A stretch of DNA of 54,410 bases, filler included, from Bipalium vagum (lineage: Eukaryota), in assembly GCA_037834085.1 (NCBI GenBank). It is 3 parts of 3 records of this genome, joined end to end, with 100 filler letters (N's around TTAATTAATTAA, not from the genome) between each part and the next. Parts side by side here need not be neighbours in the genome. Positions count along the whole stretch, not along the records: positions 19,315 to 38,045 come from JBBMKC010021088.1; 2 more parts are not named here. One strand, 5' to 3'. Shown piece after piece: positions 25,154 through 38,145 of the stretch (the first letter of the stretch is position 1; each line of letters opens with the position of its first letter). A program made the position numbers and the translations under genes. The notes beneath the pieces were generated by a model. It saw only the letters and a program-made list of their open reading frames with translations. It was not told the origin of the DNA and searched no databases.

Positions 25154-27189
25154 TAGACGTGAAACCAATCGAACTAAAAAAACCACAAGAATTAGACTAT
25201 GTCTAATTATTCTGGTTATTATTAACATAAAGATCCACTTACTTGATGTGATATGGAAATTAACTTTAAAAACGTGAGAGATAAAAATTATACGAAATAT
25301 AAGGATCTAAGCTTATTATTAAATCGAACCACTAGATACCAGACGTCGCTAGATAAAATCGTTGTTAATTGTCTCAGCTCATGAAACCCAAGATTTAACT
25401 AAAAAGCAAATTAATACTTTATCTAATCTATTAATTAAAAAAATAATCCATGAATCATATCATTTATACTTAAACTACGTTTACAAGTGAAAATTTTGAA
25501 TCACTAAAAATCTAAAATTAAACTAATTTAATGATTATTTATAACTTTTTCTTGTTCCCATCATTTCTTTAGTAATTAAGTCTCTCTTATTTCTTTCTTT
25601 TTTTCCTCACTCTATCCCTATAAGTATCTACGCTTATTATATTTGTAATCCTTATTAACTAATATTATACTCTCTGCCTTGCTCCTCTTTTCTTCTTACT
25701 TATCCGCTGCCTTCTCTCATTTAACGATTTTTCATTGTATATTAGATGATAAATTTTATAAATTATTATTTTTATTATTTAAGATCAGAAGATTTTTAAA
25801 AAATATTATTATAATATATCATACAATAATATTCTTAGGATATAATTTATTTTCTTTAGACTTGATTTATTGATGAGATGAATGAAGCGAATTGACTGAT
25901 GAGAACTTGATTAGCATTCTCAGTAATTCTTAGTCGAATGTGTTCAAGCTAAACCCATAAACTCGGTGCTTCATTAACTAATGGTAAAATGTCAAGAAAG
26001 AAAATGAATACGATTATTGGTTTTAAAAAATAGGGTCTTCAGATCAGATCAGAGAAAGCCCAAGATTTTAGTTCATATTTTGACGAAATATTATAAATTA
26101 TAAAATTTCTTTATCATTCTTCAACAATCACTAAGAAATTGAAATACTTTTCAATTATTTTATTATTGCATATAATCTTGTAAAAACTTTTTTGTTTTTC
26201 TTGTTGATGTACCTCTGACTCCATTTCCTATGACAACCATTTTCATTTTTTTTTATTCTTTGTTGTAGTAAACATACAAAAGTATATCCCGCAACAGTTT
26301 CCTTGGCAGTATAATAATGCAAAAGTACCTCCCTTAAATGCTTTTATTTTGATTAGACGATGAAATTTTTGAATTTATGTTTTTCAAACAATAAAAAGAT
26401 AATCAATAAACCTTTTAACCAATGATTAGCGTTAATATTTATTACATGAGGTTTGAGTTTAAGGATGTACACAATTTTCAATTACATCTTTTCACAGCCC
26501 GGAGCCATACGAGTATATGTAATACAAATTAAATATTGATAAAGATTTTCTGATCTTAAGTAATAAAAACAAATAGCTTCTTTCATCTTTTTTTGTTTGG
26601 TTAACTGCATTATCCACATTTATGTAATTAAAATTGTTATTAAATTTATTGTTTTGATCTTTTTTATATATCTCTACATATTTGTAAATAATAATTCCGG
26701 AGAGGAAAAAGTAGTAAGAAAAATGTTGAATAAATCTAAAAAAAAATCACTTTAAAAAATGTTAATTTTCTTCTAAATAATGGAACTGGCAATTAATAAT
26801 AATTATTCTTTATTTAATTACTTTAATTAAGTAGCTTTATTAATATTTTGAAAAGATAATTAGAAGGTTGTAAAGGAGCTTGAGAAAAAATAACATTGTT
26901 GAATGTAAAATTTAATATTTGAAGATATTTTATATTTTTTGAAAAAAACATTATCGATTATGATTATTAAAGAATCAAGGTTTTTCTATTGTAGAAGAAT
27001 CTCTCAAAGAAATTTTCGGTTTTATTAATACGGACTGCTGATACTTTGTTTTAGCTACTAAATAGTTTATACTTTTATTCATAATTATTAATATATCTTA
27101 AATGTAAATGTAAATTATCGATTATTTTGGACCAGTTTAGGAGAGGTTATTTTCATAATAAGGTTCATAAGTTGAAAATTGGTTTTGCA

Positions 27190-27420
27190 TCACCCTTATG
27201 TGTTTTATTTTCAACTTTGTGGGCAGGAGATGAATCTTGTTGAAATGTCCATATCTGATTACCGTAGTGTTGTTGATCCCACGGAAGTTGTTCGGTTGAT
27301 TTTGACTGCGTTCAAGCATTTTGGAAGTCCCAAGTGCTTCTGCGGATCAAGTTCTATTGTTTTAATGGTTTGTGTCTGTATGACAGTGAATAAATTCTCC
27401 TTTGAGAAGGGTGTGAGAAT
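27190..27420 (-). mobile_element. Composite remnant: maT-like transposase piece within a possible gypsy RNase H fragment
   Basis: LPWDQQHYGNQIWTFQQDSSPAHK is a maT/DD37D-like motif. The flanks read FTV..(T)DHKPL (frameshifted) and KIKHI. Confidence 0.5.
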
Positions 27421-30011
27421 CTAAAAATATCTGAGTAACATATTTAATTTTTTAATTTAATTTGCAGTATATTGAGCTGAAAGATTTTAATAATTAAATA
27501 AAAGTATAAATTACATTTTTAATAAAAACAAGTATAAATTTTAAAGCTCAATATATTCGAATTACATGCGAAAATTTTATATGTGAAAAGTATTAAAATT
27601 TTATTTGTTTTAATAGCAAATTGAAAAACGGTTTGAATAAATAAATTTTTATGGAGACTAATGATTTTTTAGCGACCACTAACAAGGGGTATAACCTTAC
27701 ATTGTTAACCTGTGGCTCTACACTTAGTTTACGATACCTTTGAAGTTGTATCAGCTTATTCTTATTCGTTGGGAACTGAAATTTTGGAGCTTGTTAGGCT
27801 TATAATTGAACATATTTTGATCCATTAGTCGAGCCGATTCACGGTTAGTATTTATCTTATGCGCTAACTACAGTAATAATACTCTCGGAGTACTTTGAAG
27901 ACTCTTTTTCATGATTTTTCGGTTTTTTTAACAGTTCTCCTTCTTGCCGATTCCTGGATTCCTTTTAATATTATTGCATTTAAAAACCAATGAGAAATTT
28001 ATGTGAATCAAGATTTATGTTTTCCTTAATTAATTTTCGTCGCCTTCAGATGTTATCGAAAGTAATTTTGAGAATCAAGACATTAATAATTTTCCATTGA
28101 AAAAATAATCTATTCTTCCATCGAAATACTTTTTGCTATTGGATTAATGGAGAATTCGGAAAAGAGCATTGGTTGATTTGAGGAGAATCAATAAATAAAT
28201 TGCTCAATAATCGTAGTTTTCTTTTTCAATGATGAACTTGTTCATTTTCTCCTTTATAATTTTTGCATTCCTTGAGCCGAATGTTCTTGCATCCTCAGAA
28301 CTGACTTTGGAAGATCAGGTTAGAAAATTATTTATGGGTTTATTAATTGCTTCTTAGTTACATTTTTGGGAGATCACTAAAAAATTTGACTACCGTGCGT
28401 TCTTGTTCGAAGTACGAAAGTCAAGGAGTTGACAGTTTGAATTGTTTTATTTTTGAAGGGGTTTCCCAATGTCAAGTGAAAAAATCGCCATTTTTCTCCG
28501 TTGTTTATGCAATATTAAAAGAAATTTAAATAGATCCTATAGTTTATGTTTTATAATATAATATAATATAATATATATTACATATATGTGAAAATATAAT
28601 GAATCTAATAAAAATGAATTTTGAAGAAAATAAAATAATATTTATGTTTTATTGATTCGAGAAATTTTCGATCCTCATCAAAAATAATCATTTTGAAAAT
28701 CAGTAAAATTGTTGATAAATTCCCTTCAATATATGACTGTCACATTTCTTCGTTTTTATTATTTTTTTATGTCACAACGTAAAAAATTATTTTTAAAAAG
28801 TTAAAAATTATCTCAATCAATAATTTTACAGACCTTTGCTAGAACATTGTGGAATTAATATAAAGAAATTATCAGTGTATGTTAAAAATAAATTTTGTTG
28901 ATTTTTAATATGAATAACTTTTGTTTTAATTAAATCAAGTATAAATTAAATTACTATTAATTCCAAATTCACTATTTTAGACCCATTTTATGTGTACTGA
29001 TCTGCACAATATCTGGGGATTTGGTATTCTTCTCTTTAGAGTCTGGACTCATTGTTTGGTGTTTTTATAAGATTATGTAGCTTATTTAACATGCAGGTTA
29101 AAAATCATTATTTGGTTTAAAAGTTATGGTTAAGACTTGGTGGACAAATGTTACTGTTCTACCAAGGAAAGTCTCTAAAAATCACTGGTGGTCATCTTAT
29201 GACTGTGTTTATAGGAAGACATTTAAACGAAGAAGAAAGGTTTTAATCCTATTTAAGAAATCCATAAATGTTTATCATTGATATCATGGTGTCTTTTAAA
29301 CCTGTTAATAATTATTAATAATTGTTAATTATCGAAAATATTTTTATTTCAGAAAAGAAAATTATTTTAATTTTAACTTCCTACACTCATTTACAGTCAA
29401 ATAATTATGTAAAAGAAGAATTCTCACGAAAATATAGTTTGGTTTGGATTCCACTTTAATTTTTATTTTTATCCATATTTTTAATTTTTTGAAAAAAGAA
29501 ACTTTTTGATGAGCTGTCACCAATTTACATTGGTAAAGGGTTTATAAAGTAACTCTGTTTATGAATTCATAATTTCTGAGGTTTCGAAGAATGAAGGAAC
29601 AATATTGAAGAAGAAAATACAAAATTATTTAATAATCTATTAAAATGAAAATAACCTTATATTTAAATAATAAATGAATATTTTAATAAACAAAACACAG
29701 AAAAAATAGTTTTAAAAATTCAATAAAAACAATCAATATAAACTGAAAGCTTCTTTTTCTGTGCTCTGTTTATCAAGCTTGTGCTTATATATTTAAAAAA
29801 AGAATCAAAGGTCTTGACCCTTTTAGTTTTTCTCATAAAGAGGAATAATTACATAAAAATAATAAAATCATACTATGAAAGACTAGATGAGGAGTTCAAA
29901 AATCTATTTCTTTCATTGTGTTCCTAAATAGAAACCCTGTAAACATTTAAATTCCAGTTTATAGATCATTTTTATATGATCAGTTCATGAAGAATTCCCT
30001 GTATTGCCCTG

Positions 30012-30068
30012 TACTCAACCTTGTTTTTTGAACTCAACCTTGTTTTTTGTACTCAAACTTGTTTTTTG
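30012..30068. repeat. 19-bp tandem repeat x3
   Basis: (T/A)ACTCAA(C/A)CTTGTTTTTTG three times without spacers. Confidence 0.9.
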
Positions 30069-32276
30069 CCTGAAAAATATCATTGTCCTTTATGAAAAAT
30101 GTCCACTTTTATATTTCCAGTGTTGATATTGGTAAATTAGTCTTTCATGAAATGTGAAAATAATTCATATTTAATAATATTTTCTTTCGATAATGGTCAG
30201 GTTCGATTTGACAAAATAATTGATCTTTTATAAATCAATAAAGATTCATGAAAGAAAAAAGAAAAGGTATTTTTTCACGTCACTGAAAATGCGAAAGTAT
30301 TTATTTGAAAAAAGAGATTGAAAATTATAAATAAAATAAAATTTTTGTTTCAGACTTGTAATATTCCCTCAGATAATCATTCTGATAATATTATCAGAAA
30401 ATTAACAATTTATAATTTAATATCAGACTAGGATCTTCCAGGGGATGCTAAAAATAATTAAAATTTATTATTATTGTTATTATTAATGGATTAGTCTACG
30501 CTAATCTGGAGTAAATATCATCTTGTTTTAATTATTATTTCCATTAATAAAAATGAGTTGTGGAGCACGAGTCATGTCATTTATATCAAATTCCCACCTA
30601 TTTGTAATCATTTGGTTTAACATTTTATACTGAAGATTTTTTATTTCATAAATATTTTTCAACGAAATTAAAGATTTCTACCCAGGAAACCATGCTAAAC
30701 TAATGAAGAGTAAAGCCAATATATCAAAGTAAAATATAATAAATTTGATCAATAATAATAACACTAGGAAATTCCTGGATTTTTAATTCCGTGACAGGGA
30801 ATGCCAGGTGAAACTGATCTTTGGAAGAGGAAATTAAGAACCAAAGTATAAAAAATGGGATTTTGAAACTTAAACAAAATCCAACTTTTCTTTATTAGAT
30901 ATTAATCGATGTCTCTTACACAGATTATGTGAATATTATTGAAGTATACTTAAGACTCATAAATGACACGATATTTAAATGTAATAGTAAGTTTTATTTT
31001 AAGTACAGGTTTTTCACTTCAATTTTAACTATTATTTTACATTTCAGAATAATCTTTTTCTAAACTATTAAATAAAAACCGAAAAAAGTAATATAGTAAT
31101 GTATTAATGAAACATTACACTGCATTAGACATAATGCATTTTCAGTTACTGTGTTAACTGATATTTGTATTACGTCATTTAAAGTCTCCTTTCTTGTATG
31201 GTCGGCTGAAATATTTTGTGCACTCACTTTACCTTTGAGAATACTTCTTCAGTTAATTATTGTAATTATAATGTAGAAGGAAAGTCTAAGTTATATGACT
31301 TAAATATGTCTTTGCTTAAAAATAAATTCTGTTCTTTAATTAATGTTTATATGATTTAACGTTTCCTTGATAATATTTTCATTTATATTTGCTTAATCTA
31401 TTAAAATAATAATTTTTTAAAAAATATACACCTTTTAACAACCACTTTTGAAAACACAACATTTTATCCATTATATTAATATTACAATTTTGAAACATGT
31501 TTCGATCTTCTTCATTCAGATTTTGTTCAGTCAATCTTAATACTCCACTCAATTACATAGTGATTTTTTTGATAAATTTTGAATGTTATTTTTCGAAAAT
31601 AATTATTTTAGATTTTGGATTTGTTTGCTAAAATGAATATATTTAATATATAATAATTATTACTATATAATTATTAATTATTTTTTTTAATATTTCATTA
31701 GACTCTCTTTTAATAAATCTTAAACTTTGTTCAAATTTATTATGGTACAAAGAAATTAGCAAAAGTTTGAACAATAAGAATAAATAAATAAAATAATATA
31801 ATTTTTATAATATATACATTGCATATATAATAATTTGCACGAATTTATTTTCTGTCTTTCTTTTGTGATTTGATATTTCGATTATAATAAAAATCTAATA
31901 ACAAATGTAATTTAGTCGATTGTAATTTTAGATTGGTTAACATTTTGAGATGAACGTTAAGCACTATCAAAACTTGTAATTGTGAAAGGTGTTGGTGTAC
32001 CTCCATGATCTCTGCATCTGATCGCATAATCGAATTCTGATGCAAATAAGGAATCACTTAGTTGGCGCCATGTTTATAATTTAGAAAATGTTTATTCGAC
32101 AGAGATTTACGATTAAAATCCATGACATTCTAGAGAAATTATCTGATCAAAATGAATAAAAAATATTATAAACATTTTATCTTTGGTATCATATTTAAAT
32201 TAGAGATATCATGCGAGAGAAGGCCAGAAGAATAGGAAAAGTCTTTGTTTTACTAATCAAATACCAATTATTATTA

Positions 32277-33551
32277 TTAGGTCGTCCCATAAGTCATTAT
32301 GGAAAAGATTTATAGAAAAACAATTTATTTTATAAAAACAAGAATATTTTATTCGATTCGCCCACCGTTATCAATTATCTTTGTCTAACTGTCAGGTAAA
32401 AGCTCAAAATCATGCTTTTAGAACTTCTGGTCCTTTCCGGCGAAATACATAGAGGGCAATTTCGACAGCACATTTGCTATGAAATTATTTTCCTTTTAAG
32501 AAATGGTGTAATGAAAGGAAAAGATAATAAGCTATTGGAGCCATATCTTGAATATATGATGGATGAGGAAGAAGTTCCCGGCCAAACTATTTTATTTTCT
32601 GCCTGGTAATTTTTGATGTGTGCTGTTTTGCATTATCTTGTTGAAGAATAACGCCTTGCTTATTGAGCAGAGATGGTCTGGTAAGTTTCAATTTATCACA
32701 TAGATCACTTAATTGCCGATAATATACTTCACTATGAATGACTCATAGACCTCACCCATATTCAGGAGCTCCATATATATATATATATATATATATTATT
32801 CCATTCATATCCCACCACACTTTTTTCGGATAAAATATTGGTTTAGCCGTTGGGATTGGTTTTTCACCAGAACCTAAACACTGCTTTTCACGCTCAGCAT
32901 TGATATATAAAACTCAGTTTTTATCACAGCATAAATCTCTTTCCAGAAATTGATCTAAATCATGACGAGTGAGAAAAGACGTACAAACTGTCACCCGATT
33001 CAAAAGTTGCTGTCATCTAGAGCATGTGGAATCCATTTTCCGCATTTAGAAGTTTTTCCCATTTAAATTAGTTGGCGATGAACACTTTCTTTAGATGTGT
33101 CAATGAGTTTTGTTAATTGCCGTGTTCTTCGACAATAATCCTCTTCCACTAGTCTATTTAGGTCGTCAATGTCTGTCTGTACAGGTCAACCTTATCTTGG
33201 TTTGTCTTGCATGTCGAAATCTTTGTTCCAAAACTTATTAAATAATTTTTCACATGTACTTAAACTTATAGGTTCGATTAATGTCATAGATAACCCTTCA
33301 TAAGACTGTTTGGCATTTAATCCGCATTTAAAGTCATAAAGTAGACAGACCCTTATCATTTCTTGAGTAAATTCCATCTCCAAAAATAAGAAATCTTAAT
33401 AAATAATGTAAGAATACATTAATTTTATGTAAAAGCATCTTTAAATAATATTATTTTAAATAATGCGCTTATAAATTATTGCAATTAATGTGGATAAACA
33501 GCACTAAATAATACTATATGAAAACCCGTACAGACTTAAGAGACGATCTAA
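32277..33551 (-). mobile_element. Near full-length degenerate mariner (1275 bp)
   Basis: TIRs TTAGGTCGTCCCATAAGTC / GACTTAAGAGACGATCTAA with TA flanks. Readable motifs: MEFTQEMIRVCLLYDFKCG, GKWIPHAL, VWWDMNGI, LQQDNAKQHTS, HPSYIQDMAPIAYYLF. Many stops and frameshifts; (AT)n at about 32773-32796. Confidence 0.92.
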
Positions 33552-34185
33552 TATTTACATATGTAAATTTGTTTTTATTACTCTGAATTAATTTAAAAAT
33601 AATAAAATACTAAATTCATTTCGTTAACCAGAAAATAATTAAATTATAACTATTTAATCTGAGGCTGAAAGAAGAATATTGACAATCACCGTAATTTCAT
33701 TTTGATGTTTATAAAAAAGACCATTTGTAAAATATTTTATGATGTTAATTTTTAAAAATTAAAATTAATTAAGTATAATTAAAATTAATTTACCGATAAA
33801 AGATTTATTAGGCAACCTTCAAACGAATAAATCCTCATAGGAAATTTTTGTTCGTCAATTTACGCTTTTTCTTGCTCAGTTGTCTCCGAGAAATTTTATA
33901 GAATATTCCTGTAATTAATTAATTGAAAACATGAAGAAATATATATATTTTTCTCGTTTTTCTTTAAACCGTAGACAGAGATGTATCATTTACTTAGGTT
34001 TCTTTTAAATATTTTTCATATTTAATTTTTTTATTTTTCTGTCATAAAAGTGGTTATTTATTTTTTAAAACTTTTTTCTGTTTATTTTATAAATTTTATT
34101 TATATTTCGAAAATAAAATAAATACATATTATGAAATAGCATCGGAATTGTTCTAAGTAAATCGGTTTTAAAAATATCTTACTAT

Positions 34186-35050
34186 TTGGTCATAGTAAAA
34201 GAAGTTTGTGCCAGATTTTTAAATACTTTATTACAAACCAGAATCAGAATGTTATAACTAATATTTTTATTAAAATGAATCATGCTGTCTAATTGATATT
34301 ATCAGGTATAATTTTTAAGTTAAATGCTTGTTTAGATAATATATATTTACGTTGAAGTATTATTTAAAATATGAATATAGATAAAATACGTTTACGTTGT
34401 AATGTTATATGAATTTCGTAAAGGTGTAGGTGTTGGAATTGCTTATAAAAACGTCCGTGATGGCACTTTCTCTAAGCACTATTAAGAAATGCTTTTTAAC
34501 TATTTCGTGATGGGAATTTTAGCTTGGAAGATCAATCTCGTTCTGGAAGATATTAATCAATTAAAGACGACATGATTGAAACCATGTTAGAAAAAAACAT
34601 GTTTACTAGCCTTGATGTAAATATTTCCACCGCAATTCGTCATTTAAAGAACCAGGAATACGTTTCTAAGCTCGATTCATGGGTGCCGCATACATTGACC
34701 AAAATGAATAAAATTTAGCATATGATGTCGCTGTTAGTGAAAATTAATTGGAGATAATTGCTCTGACCACTGAGCTACATCCCCCGACTAATTTTCAATA
34801 TATCTCACAGTCGCTATATCTATCATTACACGAAATAAAAATAAGCCTTTTTGAATCAATTAGTAACAGGTGAAGAAAAATGGATCTTGCACAATAACGT
34901 GTATGATAAAAAAACCTGGAAGAAAGCTCAAAACAAGTTTCAAAGGTTGATCAACATCAAATGAAAGTAATACTGTGTATTTGGTTAGATTGCAGAAGCA
35001 TTATTTATTATAAACTGCTCCGACGTGGTGAAACAATAACCACAGATAAA
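34186..35050 (+). mobile_element. Mariner, 3'-truncated at an (ATT)n tract and interrupted by a tRNA-derived insert
   Basis: MLYEFRKGVGV...FRDGNFSLEDQSRSGR...SKLDSWVPHTLT...PFLNQLVTGEEKWILHNN...KVILCIWLDCRSIIYYKLLRRGETITTDK. Confidence 0.88.
34733..34809 (-). mobile_element. tRNA-Ala-derived short repeat, copy 3, with 6-bp TSD
   Basis: Minus strand reads TATTGAAAATTAGTCGGGGGATGTAGCTCAGTGGTCAGAGCAATTATCTCCAATTAATTTTCACTAAC. It is flanked by direct GTCGCT (34727-32, 34810-15) and interrupts mariner coding sequence. Confidence 0.8.
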
Positions 35051-35074
35051 TTATTATTATTATTATTATTATTA
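35049..35074. repeat. (ATT)n microsatellite
   Basis: Directly visible. Confidence 0.85.
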
Positions 35075-35374
35075 CTAAAATATTCATATTTATAAAATGT
35101 TTTAATATAAAAATATTTTTAAATGTTAATTATTAATTCAATTTCCCCTTCAATTAAAGAAAATATACTACTTGTGTTAACAATGGCTTTTTTAAACAAT
35201 TTCATCTGCAGAATGATATTAATAAAATCAAAACTATTCAAAGCATATATTAATGAAAAATCCAGTAAAGAATTCTCTGTTATATCTTACATTTTTGAGT
35301 CAATTTTTAACAATGGGGTATTGTATGGTTATGCTGAGCATAATAAAAATTGAAATAAAAATAAATACCTCTAA

Positions 35375-35720
35375 TACTACTGTGAGCAAAAAAATTCCAG
35401 AATATCAAAAATGAAAATTACATATAACTAATTTATTAATACATTTTATATACATGTAATATTGTCTCCTTCCAAGTAATCAACTTCATCTGGAATACAT
35501 TTATTCCAAATCTTTCATGTACTTGTCATATTCTGTTCTGGGTATTTGTCTTAGAATATCCTTTGCTTTTTGTTTTAACACTTCATCGACTGAAACCAAA
35601 GACTTTGAAGTTTCAACTTTGGAATGAGAAGAAAGTCACACGGCTCGATATCAGATGAATATGGAGCTTGTGGTATTTGTTCCGTTTTCACAAAAAATTA
35701 CACACAATCAACGAAATAAA
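35375..35720 (-). mobile_element. Mariner C-terminal fragment
   Basis: QIPQAPYSSDIEPCDFLLIPKLK...WNKCIPDEVDYLEGDN matches PPYSPD.APCDF.LFPKLK and the W.KCI...G.YFEGD end. Confidence 0.8.
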
Positions 35721-36339
35721 TTTGAATCTTTCCAAAAGTAGCACTTTATAAATATATTTTGTACATAATTTAATTTTAAAACATCAAACCATTTAAGTTA
35801 AAGTGTTCCATTAAGTCTTAATTTCTTTTACCTCAGTAATAAAAATAATTGTCTTAATTGGTATGAGATATTTATCTCGATAGAACATAAATTTGGATCT
35901 CTCGACTGAGAAAAGTTTAAAATGTATTAGTGATAAAGATCTTAGTTAACAGACCTTTTCTCGTTGAATAACTCAAATAAATAATTACCAGTACGTAGGT
36001 AGCGTGAGTATAACGAATTAATTTGTATTTTTATTCTACCTAATTCAATTTCTGTTACTTAGATTATGTGATTTTGGACTGGGGTTTTTAATCTTTTATT
36101 AGGATCTTTTCAAAGATTCAATGGTTAAAGACTCAACACTTTACTTTTCAACTATACCAAAATAAAGGTTTTGTGAACATTTTACTGGTGATGAAAAGTA
36201 AATTCCATACAAAAATTCCATATCAAAACTCTTTGGTGAACACCTCCAGTTCGAATGATGACAGCTAAGACAAATATTTCCATGAATACATTTTAAATTA
36301 TATATTTTTTAAAAAACATACCAAAATTAACATACCGTG

Positions 36340-37672
36340 TTTAAAAAAGGTTAATTATATCAAAAATTAATAAAATAAATCGAATTAATCGATAAAAATG
36401 GAATTAATGATTTTCTACTGAATATCATTTTGCCGATTTTCCCCAAATAGTCAAGGGATAATTCCGATTTTCAATTTTGGATCAGTGTCCAAATGTCCTG
36501 TTTTGGCTAATAAATTAAGTCGGGATTATTGGTAATAGGAATTCATTGAAAAATTATAAAGTCATAAAAACCGAACAGTTGTCAATATTTCCATCGAGAA
36601 CATTTCGACGTGTTATCCTGCTCCAAGTAGCAAACTAAAAGGATTTAAGTCAATTTATCATTCCATCCTTAACCGAAAATTTTACTTCCTACATTTATGT
36701 GCATAGTAACGGAAATAGGCTATTGATCAAATTCAACCCGAACTGACAGTGGAGGATATTTGTATAAAATCGCATTTATTAAAAATTGTCACATTGGGCA
36801 GATTTTTGTCAAATAATACACAAATCCATTTGTATGAAAATGACATTTTTCACGCATCACAGATTTCCAAATCATTCTTTAATATCTTGTTTTAATTATC
36901 TACAGCTAATTATTTTCCAATCACACAATTTTACCAACAAAGAGAATGGGATTTTTCCCAAAGATTTTGAACCAAACTGTGAAAGATCTTCAACGCTTGT
37001 TTTGTATTTTTCCGAATTTTATCAAGGAATTGTACGTATTTATTTTTTCCAATTCCTCTTTCATTCTCTCAAAAATGTAAATATGGAAAACAGGTGAACG
37101 TTGAAAATTGATTGATTAATATATTCAATGGCAATAAACATGTGGATTATTTGCAGCAATTGCTAATTACAAATCATTCCCCTTAGATCTTACTGAAAAT
37201 ATGAGTTCAGCTTTCCATTAGTTTTGTCAACAATTCTTACATCTCCCAGTGAGCGCTTTCTTTGCTGGAGAATCTGATTTCTTTTACAAAAGGCAAATGC
37301 TGGGATAAAATATTTTGTCCTGTATATTTTCCAACGTCTAATAAGCAGAATAAAAAATTTCGCTTAGCAAAATTTAATTTTTTCCATAACGAAAAACAAT
37401 TAAATTATATTTACGACTTTTCCGACATCAGACAGAAATTTTTTTTTGAAAATATAAATAAATAAATAAAATCAGATCATTAGACAGATTTGATCACTGG
37501 TAATGATTTTCGTTCACAATGGTCTTTATATTTCCATTCATATTTGATCGGGTTTTTTTGATTTTAATTCACAATGGGAAATCCGATATTGATGAAGTCA
37601 TTTGGGTTAAATTGAAATCGAATTAAAATTTTTAGATCAATAAAATAAGTAAAATATTGATCCATAAATGAA
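36340..37672 (-). pseudogene. Possible decayed cadherin/protocadherin-like relic
   Basis: Fragments across broken frames: signal-peptide-like MTGIHLWINILLILLI, IEYINQ..SPVF (DINDNxPxF-like), VLFDKNLPNVTI, YPPLSVRVEF, ISVTMHINVGSKI, TGHLDT..NYPLTIW. Many stops. Confidence 0.3.
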
Positions 37673-38045
37673 TACCCGTCATTTTTGTTGTTAAATATTG
37701 TTTATATTTATATTATATTACTAAATAGAATTGTTGGAACAGTCTACGGTTTGGTAATTTCTTTAGATCACCTTCATCATTTATATATTCATTAAATAAT
37801 ATATAATAAAATATAAAATAATGATACAAATTTAAAATAAATAATAAATAATAAAAATAATTAAAAGATAAAAATTAAATGGAGATATTTCAGATATTTT
37901 CACGAAATAAAAACAAAATATTCCCAAATATTTGAAATCCTAATGATAATGATAAAAAATTAATTAAATAAAAATAAATAATAAATAATATAATTTTACA
38001 AAAAATATTTACTAAAAAAAATAAACTTTATTGATGTGTTTAATT

Positions 38046-38145
38046 NNNNNNNNNNNNNNNNNNNNNNNNNNNNNNNNNNNNNNNNNNNNTTAATTAATTA
38101 ANNNNNNNNNNNNNNNNNNNNNNNNNNNNNNNNNNNNNNNNNNNN
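38046..38145. other. Artificial assembly spacer (44 N + TTAATTAATTAA + 44 N)
   Basis: Identical to 19215-19314. Confidence 0.97.

Noticed and set aside
26150-26560. Helitron Rep-like HILVWL word on the minus strand
   Set aside because: The adjacent conserved motifs (EFQ.RG.PH) are absent.
30012-30068. CRISPR-like repeats
   Set aside because: These are adjacent 19-bp tandem units with no spacers, no cas genes and a eukaryotic context.
27660-30150. Possible gag, piggyBac or LINE remnants
   Set aside because: No motif is strong enough to name a family.
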